A stretch of 64,000 nt of DNA. Source: Candidatus Bathyarchaeota archaeon (lineage in GTDB: Archaea > Thermoproteota > Bathyarchaeia > Bathyarchaeales > Bathycorpusculaceae). The position numbers and the translations under genes are program-made. A model generated the notes under the pieces. It worked only from the letters and a program-made list of their open reading frames with translations, was not told the origin of the DNA and made no database searches. Positions 58,271 to 64,000 of this stretch are shown in pieces; the first letter of the stretch is position 1; each line of letters begins with the position of its first letter. The stretch lies in contig CAWHXY010000006.1 in the NCBI GenBank assembly GCA_963833575.1, forward strand, positions 160,001-224,000, in the 5' to 3' direction.

Positions 58271-58319
58271 AGCCATAAAACAAATGGCCAGTCAATAAAT
58301 GTGGGAGAGGAAACTTGTA

Positions 58320-58676
58320 ATGTCGGACAAGGTCTTTGTTAAGAATCTAGTTGTTCCATGCAAAGTCGGGGTTACTAAAGAGGAAAAGTCGAAAAAACAA
58401 AATATTATCGTTGATATTGAGGTTTTTTGCGATTTAAGCCATGCTGGAGCCACGGATGTTATAAGCAAAAGTATAAGTTACTCTGAAATACAAGAAAAAG
58501 TAATTAACGCCGCTGCAAACAGAGAATTCAACCTTTTAGAAAGCTTTGCCGAGAATCTGGCATCGTTGATCTTGCAGAGTTCTGTCGCTTCCAGAGTTGT
58601 GGTAACTGTTAAGAAAGAAAAATACGGGAAAGAGCCAATAATGGGAATTGAAATTGCAAGGGACCGACATGGTTGA
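58320..58676 (+). CDS. folB: Dihydroneopterin aldolase, bacterial type
   Basis: GV..EE....Q....D, D....ISY, NLLE..AE, V.V.K. Confidence 0.88.
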   Translation: MSDKVFVKNLVVPCKVGVTKEEKSKKQNIIVDIEVFCDLSHAGATDVISKSISYSEIQEKVINAAANREFNLLESFAENLASLILQSSVASRVVVTVKKEKYGKEPIMGIEIARDRHG

Positions 58677-59205
58677 AGCGTACATTGCTTTAGGCTCCAA
58701 CATAGGCGATCGAGAGGCAAATATAAAAAAAGCATTTGACGCATTAAAAGAACGAATTAAGATTGTTAAAGCATCTTTGCTTTATGAAACTAAACCTATG
58801 TATATAGAGGACCAAGGATGGTTTCTAAACTGCACCGCTAAAGTTGAGACAGATTTAACTCCTAAAGAGCTTTTGAAGTTTTTGAAGAGCATAGAACAAA
58901 AATTAGGCCGCAAAACCGTAAAACGAAACGGTCCCAGAATCATAGATTTAGACATTCTCTTCTACGGAGACCAAATTCTTAAAGAAAACGATTTACAGGT
59001 ACCTCACCCAAAAATTGAGGAAAGACCGTTCGTTCTCGTTCCTTTAGCCGAAATCGCACCTAACCTCATTCACCCAGTAAACAAAAAAACCATTGCTGAA
59101 ATGCTCTCTGAATTGGATTATGACAAATCAGAAATCAACCCAAAAACCAAAACAATGATTAACCAAAAAAAAAGTGGAATGACAAGACATGAAAGTTTAC
59201 GTTAA
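58669..59205 (+). CDS. folK: 6-hydroxymethyl-7,8-dihydropterin pyrophosphokinase, bacterial type
   Basis: YIALGSNIGDR, YET.P, FLN, IE..LGR, GPRIIDLDIL, PHP...R.FVLVPL. Confidence 0.95.
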   Translation: MVEAYIALGSNIGDREANIKKAFDALKERIKIVKASLLYETKPMYIEDQGWFLNCTAKVETDLTPKELLKFLKSIEQKLGRKTVKRNGPRIIDLDILFYGDQILKENDLQVPHPKIEERPFVLVPLAEIAPNLIHPVNKKTIAEMLSELDYDKSEINPKTKTMINQKKSGMTRHESLR

Positions 59206-60145
59206 GACCCCAGCTAGATTACATTTGGGACTTGTGGATTTGAACGGCGATTTAGGGCGAATTTTTGGAGGTTTAGGGGTAGGCATTGATCATCCAAATG
59301 TAATTTTGGAAGCAAAAGAAAGCCAAACGTTAACGGTTGGAGGCGAAAAAGCTGAGTTAACGCAGAAACTTACTATCGCATTTCTGCAGGCGTATGGAAT
59401 AAAAGAGAAAGTTGCAGTTGATGTTAAGCAGGTGATTCCGGAGCATGTTGGGCTTGGCTCAGGTACCCAGCTGGGTTTAGCTGTTGCCGTTTCACTTTCT
59501 CGGTTGTTTGATGTGAAGGGTTCAATTCACGAATTTGCAGTAGTTATGGGTAGAACGAGTCAGTCTGGAGTGGGCACGGCAGTGTTCGAACACGGCGGAT
59601 TGGTAGTGGATGCTGGAAAAAACACGCATGACCCATCCAAGAAGGAAATACCGCTAATTTGCCGTCAACCCTTCCCAGATGAGTGGCGCTTCGTTGTAGC
59701 AATTCCAAACGTAAAAAAGGGTTTGGCAAACGAAACAGAGGCTTCAGCGTTTAAGCAACTTCCACCCATGCCTACGTCAGAGGTTGGCAAAATCTGTCGA
59801 TTAACGATGATGAAGCTCCTGCCAGCTATCCCAGAAAAAGACCTAAAAAATTTCGGCGAAGCATTAACTGAGATCCAACGTATTGTGGGCGACAGCTTTG
59901 CAGAGGCTCAGGGAGGCAGATACTCAAGTTCCACAGCCACCCAGTGTATTGAGTTCATGCTTGAAAACGGCGTTTACGGTTCAGGGCAAAGTTCGTGGGG
60001 ACCAACGGTTTATGGTGTAGTTAAAAAAGAGGAAGCCAAAGAAATCCAATTGAAAACTCAAGCTTTTCTTAACCAGAGTGTTGGTGGAAATGTTTTTGTT
60101 GCCAAAGGTAATAGTCGGGGAGCAATTATCAAAGTTATCAATTAA
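59189..60145 (+). CDS. mptG: Beta-ribofuranosylaminobenzene 5'-phosphate synthase (GHMP fold), paralog 1
   Basis: TPARLHLGL.DL.G..GR..GG.G, PEHVGLGSGTQL, SGVG...F..GG..VD.G, GQSSWGPT. Confidence 0.88.
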   Translation: MKVYVKTPARLHLGLVDLNGDLGRIFGGLGVGIDHPNVILEAKESQTLTVGGEKAELTQKLTIAFLQAYGIKEKVAVDVKQVIPEHVGLGSGTQLGLAVAVSLSRLFDVKGSIHEFAVVMGRTSQSGVGTAVFEHGGLVVDAGKNTHDPSKKEIPLICRQPFPDEWRFVVAIPNVKKGLANETEASAFKQLPPMPTSEVGKICRLTMMKLLPAIPEKDLKNFGEALTEIQRIVGDSFAEAQGGRYSSSTATQCIEFMLENGVYGSGQSSWGPTVYGVVKKEEAKEIQLKTQAFLNQSVGGNVFVAKGNSRGAIIKVIN

Positions 60146-60201
60146 GAGTTGAACGAAAAACTTATAATTCTGCTTGGCTGCATCACCGTGCAGTGGACAG
60201 A

Positions 60202-61164
60202 ATGCAAGAAACTAAAAAAGTTACGGTAACTGCACCGGCTCATCTTCACACGGGCAATTTTGACATGACAGGAGATCTTGGAAGACTCTATGGAACTGTT
60301 GGTTTCGCAGTTGACAGGCTTCTTGAGATTGAAGTCACCAAAACTAACGACGTTAAGTCTGAAGATGAGGCGGCTTATCTTTTCGCGAGTCGTTTTGTCG
60401 ATGCCTTCGACTTGGCTGGGGCTGAGGTTAAGGTTAAAAAGAGCATTCCAAAATTTGTGGGAATGGGGTACCATACAACTTTAGCGCTGTCAATAGGTTC
60501 TGCATTAGCAAAATTGTACGACTTGAAGTTAACCACTGAGCAAATTGCTTTGACAATGCAGAGAGGAGCAATAACTAGCCTAGGTGTTCATGCCTTCAAG
60601 GTAGGCGGGTTTATCGTTGAAGGGGGTTTCAGAGTTGATCAGAGAGAAAAAATGATTCCTCCACTTATCTTCCGTCAGCCGGTTCCAAGCAACTGGCTCT
60701 TTGTCATAGCCATAGCCGCTGAACCTCAAGAAAAAATCGTTAAAATGCGGGAAAACGAAGATCACATTCTTAGAAACCTCAAATTGATGCCAAAAGAAAC
60801 CTCAGATATGCTCTCAAGAATTGTGCTCGTTAAAATAATTCCGTCAATAATCGAGAATGATCTCAAATCGTTTGGCGAAGGCTTAACAGCTTTTAACTCG
60901 GAATTGGGCAAGTTTTGGAATGAATACCAATGTGGCAGAACGTACTGTCATCCAGTAGTTGAAGAGGCAATAAAAATTATTCTACGCAGAAGCACATGTG
61001 CATGTCAAACCTCGTGGGGACCGACAATCTACGGTATAGTCGATGGAAAAAATCAAGCTGAAACCTTAACTAAGGAACTTAAGGAGTATTTAGCCAAAAA
61101 CGGTGGGGGAGAGGTCTTCTACACCAAAGCTAATAATGTTGGAGCGGTGATTGGAGGCAAGTAA
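60202..61164 (+). CDS. Beta-RFAP synthase-like GHMP protein, divergent paralog 2
   Basis: APAHLHTG, GR.YG, PKFVGMGYHTT, F..GGFIVEGG, QTSWGPT, ANN.GA. Confidence 0.78.
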   Translation: MQETKKVTVTAPAHLHTGNFDMTGDLGRLYGTVGFAVDRLLEIEVTKTNDVKSEDEAAYLFASRFVDAFDLAGAEVKVKKSIPKFVGMGYHTTLALSIGSALAKLYDLKLTTEQIALTMQRGAITSLGVHAFKVGGFIVEGGFRVDQREKMIPPLIFRQPVPSNWLFVIAIAAEPQEKIVKMRENEDHILRNLKLMPKETSDMLSRIVLVKIIPSIIENDLKSFGEGLTAFNSELGKFWNEYQCGRTYCHPVVEEAIKIILRRSTCACQTSWGPTIYGIVDGKNQAETLTKELKEYLAKNGGGEVFYTKANNVGAVIGGK

Positions 61165-61167
61165 TCC

Positions 61168-62319
61168 TTGGTTAAAGCCATAGGTATTGATTCTGGAACA
61201 AAAACTATGGACATTTTCGGTTTCGACGACAAAGACGGCAGCATAATAATTGACGTAGCCATTCCAAGAGATCAGATTACAGAAGGATCCAAACTTGTAC
61301 TCGAAAAACTAAGAGATGTACAAAATCGCGTTGGAAAAATAGATGCCATTGTTGGTCCATCTGGTTATGGTATGCAGCTTAAGAGGGCTCAAGAAGCTAC
61401 TGATGAGGAAATTGCTGAGGCAACCTTTGTAACAGAAGCTGACGTTAAAAGGCGACTGCGAATCATTGGTCTGCGAGAGCTTATGGCCTGGCTAAGGAAC
61501 GCTGACGATTTAAACACTTACTTTACACAGAGCGTCATTCACCTGAAGACGGTGCCGAGATATAGAAAAGTTAACAAAATAGACATGGGAACTTCAGACA
61601 AAGTTTTAAGCGTGGTTTTAGCTGTCAAGGACCAAGCTGAAAGACGGCAAATTCCATACAGCCAAACCTCATTCATTCTTCTTGAAGTCGGATTCGGCTA
61701 TACATCTGCAATGGCAGTCCAAAACGGAGAAATCGTTGACGCAATGGCTGGTACTGCTGGTTTTCCATCGTTTCTCGGAATGGGCTTTCTTGACTCAGAA
61801 GTAGCCTACGCCTTAGCTAACGCTACTAAGGACTTTTCAAAACAGCTCCTCTTCGCTGGCGGAGTAGCTTCATTTGCAGGGATTGATCCCTCTAAGCCTT
61901 TGGAAGAATTTGTCAAGAATGCAAAAACTGACCCGCAAATCAAAGAAGGCTATAAGCTGATGCTGGAATCAATAACTAAAGATGTTTCCTCGCTCCTTCC
62001 ATCGGTTAAACCTAAAGAAATAATACTTAGTGGGAGATTCACGCGGATTCCAGAGTTTCTAGCAGCTATGAAGGAAGAGCTTTCGCGTTTCTTTGCTGGA
62101 ACTGGCTTGAAAATTGACATTTCAGTGCTTGAGGGAAAAGCAGCTGTAACTAAGCAAGCGGCTGAAGGCGCGGCGGTATTCGCCAACGGATTGGCAGGCG
62201 GCAAATACAAACAACTAGTTGATACTATGAGGCTTAGAGAAAGCGAAGGAACTGTGTTCAGCAATCTTTGTCTTGGCAAGGATATCGCTGAAGGATTAAA
62301 AGTGTTTAAAAAGTTATGA
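61168..62319 (+). CDS. DUF1464-family ASKHA-fold (butyrate kinase-like) protein
   Basis: GIDSGTK, GPSGYG, VIHL.TVP..RK.NKIDMGT.DK, E.GFGY, IILSGR, K.AAEGAA..A.GLAGG. Confidence 0.8.
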   Translation: MVKAIGIDSGTKTMDIFGFDDKDGSIIIDVAIPRDQITEGSKLVLEKLRDVQNRVGKIDAIVGPSGYGMQLKRAQEATDEEIAEATFVTEADVKRRLRIIGLRELMAWLRNADDLNTYFTQSVIHLKTVPRYRKVNKIDMGTSDKVLSVVLAVKDQAERRQIPYSQTSFILLEVGFGYTSAMAVQNGEIVDAMAGTAGFPSFLGMGFLDSEVAYALANATKDFSKQLLFAGGVASFAGIDPSKPLEEFVKNAKTDPQIKEGYKLMLESITKDVSSLLPSVKPKEIILSGRFTRIPEFLAAMKEELSRFFAGTGLKIDISVLEGKAAVTKQAAEGAAVFANGLAGGKYKQLVDTMRLRESEGTVFSNLCLGKDIAEGLKVFKKL

Positions 62320-62330
62320 GCTTTCTCTGA

Positions 62331-63893
62331 TTATTCTTTGAACATTGGTTTATCTTGGATGTATTCCTTGCCTGTTCTCAATGCAATTTCGGCTTTTGTC
62401 AACTCGCTTCCTAAGTAAGCGGAATGATCCATCCTCGAAATTAAACCCAACTCGATAATCTTCCTGTATATGCCGTCGGCAGTTTTGCCCTTAACAATTA
62501 ATGTGGGGACTTCTAAATCCGTTAACGTTAAATGGATAGCTACAATGCTTTGCTTTTCCCGGTCAACAAAAATTCTAAAAGATCCCTGCTTATCAATTTC
62601 CGCAGATCCCTCATTGTTCTTGATTGTCAAAATATGCGTACTTTCCTCAAGTTTTTTGTTGTATTTCTCTTCTCGGTTCCTCTTGTCCTTCAAAATAAGC
62701 AGATCTATCCCAAGGTCTTTGGGAAAAGATCCCCGCTTTTTTGCCAAAAACATCATTTTTGATGCAGCAACCTCTTCTTTGATGCTTCCTTGTGCCTTGT
62801 CACTTTTCTGTGTAGCCAACATCATATCTGCGCCGATTTCTGAGCAGAGCCGTGCAAGCAAAGCGTTGACACCTACAGAATCCGCATCCATAAGTTCAGT
62901 AACATTAGAAACCCCAACGAAAAGCGGAACATCTGGATTTCTCTGTGCAAATTGTCGGAAAGCAAGAAATGATCCTAAAACGTCTAAGGGGTCAAGAATC
63001 AAGTCAGCAAAAACATTCTCTGTGCCAAATCTCTTGGCTTTAGCAATTACTTGTTCTAGCAGTTGCACGCGTTCCTCGGGTTTCTTTGGGAAGCATCCTT
63101 CACGTTGGTTACTGGGGATTGCTACCACGGCAACATTGCTTGGAAGAGGTGCTATTGCCTCTATGTTTCCAGCGTCAACACTAAGTATCAATTCGGCACC
63201 GGCAGAAACAGCTGCTTTAATTTCCTCTGGATCAAGCGAATCAATACTAATAGGAACCGACACTACATCTTTTACTGCGGCAACAATCCGCTTGGCGTCT
63301 TTTGGCCTGCTTTCACCAGCAACCATTCCAACATCAATAACGTCCGCACCAAGGGCAACATACTTCTTAGCTAACCGCTGAATCTCTCTGTTACTCAGCA
63401 AAGCGGCATCAACTATTTCAGCCAACACACGCATGGGAAAATCTTTTCCAACAGCTAAATTTTTAATTTCCATGTTCCCTGGTTCTTTCAGGAGGGTTTC
63501 TTTGTTTTCTTCAACTTTCAATATTTCCTCAAGAGCCTTCTTCTGAAGTTTTTCTCTGAGTAATTCGCATGCAGGCACAACTGTTGAAAGCGTCACTTCA
63601 CCAAGCATTTCGAGAACAGTTGGTAAGTCAGCAGCATATTGCGGACCCTTAAACGCTGGAATGCCAGTGGTTTTGAAGATAACTGACGTATCGCCTCGAA
63701 CTAGCCCTGGAACAAGAATTAAATCAAAATCGTTCACTTTCGCTTGCTTTAAAGATTGACTAATTGTTTGAGGCGTCAAAAAAGCCGCCACTGGAACATT
63801 CAGCACCATAACTTTGGTTTCAATTTGGCTCTGAATGGCGTAATATTCAACGGTTTCTTGTGCAAGTAAACCAGTGATTAACAGCACCTTCAC
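62331..63893 (-). CDS. Archaeal dihydropteroate synthase-like protein with C-terminal DUF4346-like domain
   Basis: KVLLITG.LA, VAAF.TP, MRVLAEIVDA, GAD.IDVG, SIDS, DLILDP, GVSNVTELMDADS.G.N, PKDLG.DLL.LK.K, H.AYLG.EL.KA..AL..G..Y.QD; GTG start overlaps the upstream stop. Confidence 0.88.
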   Translation of the reverse strand: MKVLLITGLLAQETVEYYAIQSQIETKVMVLNVPVAAFLTPQTISQSLKQAKVNDFDLILVPGLVRGDTSVIFKTTGIPAFKGPQYAADLPTVLEMLGEVTLSTVVPACELLREKLQKKALEEILKVEENKETLLKEPGNMEIKNLAVGKDFPMRVLAEIVDAALLSNREIQRLAKKYVALGADVIDVGMVAGESRPKDAKRIVAAVKDVVSVPISIDSLDPEEIKAAVSAGAELILSVDAGNIEAIAPLPSNVAVVAIPSNQREGCFPKKPEERVQLLEQVIAKAKRFGTENVFADLILDPLDVLGSFLAFRQFAQRNPDVPLFVGVSNVTELMDADSVGVNALLARLCSEIGADMMLATQKSDKAQGSIKEEVAASKMMFLAKKRGSFPKDLGIDLLILKDKRNREEKYNKKLEESTHILTIKNNEGSAEIDKQGSFRIFVDREKQSIVAIHLTLTDLEVPTLIVKGKTADGIYRKIIELGLISRMDHSAYLGSELTKAEIALRTGKEYIQDKPMFKE

Positions 63894-64000
63894 TGCCGTT
63901 GCCTCCACACATCTACTCGCCGAATCAAATCAGCCATAACCAGCGAATAAGGTGAGTTTGGAGCAACCCTATTTACCACTTTATTGCAGTCGTCAATCAT
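63890..64000 (-). CDS. C-terminal fragment of an upstream gene (possibly DUF447-like), cut by the window edge
   Basis: Open frame ...IDDCNKVVNRVAPNSPYSLVMADLIRRVDVWRQRQ* ending in a GTGA overlap with the DHPS-like gene. Confidence 0.45.
   Translation of the reverse strand: MIDDCNKVVNRVAPNSPYSLVMADLIRRVDVWRQRQ

Noticed and set aside
62470-63381. 303-aa antisense ORF (also 55390..56007, 29886..30425, 25512..25961 and similar)
   Set aside because: These are shadow frames opposite well-supported genes and carry no motifs

Overview
This is an archaeal chromosome segment, most consistent with Bathyarchaeia (TACK). The evidence is archaeal uS12/uS7, PheRS, TrpRS and type 2 MetAP, a stand-alone 5S rRNA, mch, an HdrA-MvhD fusion, PolB2, an eL22-like ribosomal protein and expanded PadR/secreted-protein families. 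Housekeeping blocks alternate with accessory blocks. RNA genes are 5S rRNA, divergent tRNA-Ile(GAT) and tRNA-Arg(TCG), and a box C/D sRNA predicted to guide 2'-O-methylation of 16S C1402. The leading candidates for undescribed systems are: (1) a PadR / GH3 acyl-amido synthetase / multi-TM-DUF835-like sensor / KaiC-like ATPase locus that looks like a small-molecule signalling circuit; (2) mch-citG next to three tandem Pol-beta-fold nucleotidyltransferases with MdcG-like active-site motifs; (3) a hybrid pterin operon (MptA/FolE2, QueD, bacterial-type FolB and FolK, two MptG paralogs, DUF1464, convergent DHPS-like gene) with a long structured leader. Also present are several unannotated Cys-rich microproteins, a CBS-HPF hibernation factor, a vapBC pair and a (GGGAAC)15 G-quadruplex-type microsatellite. 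No CRISPR array, transposase or integrase was seen. All assignments come from motif recognition by eye; no database searches were run.
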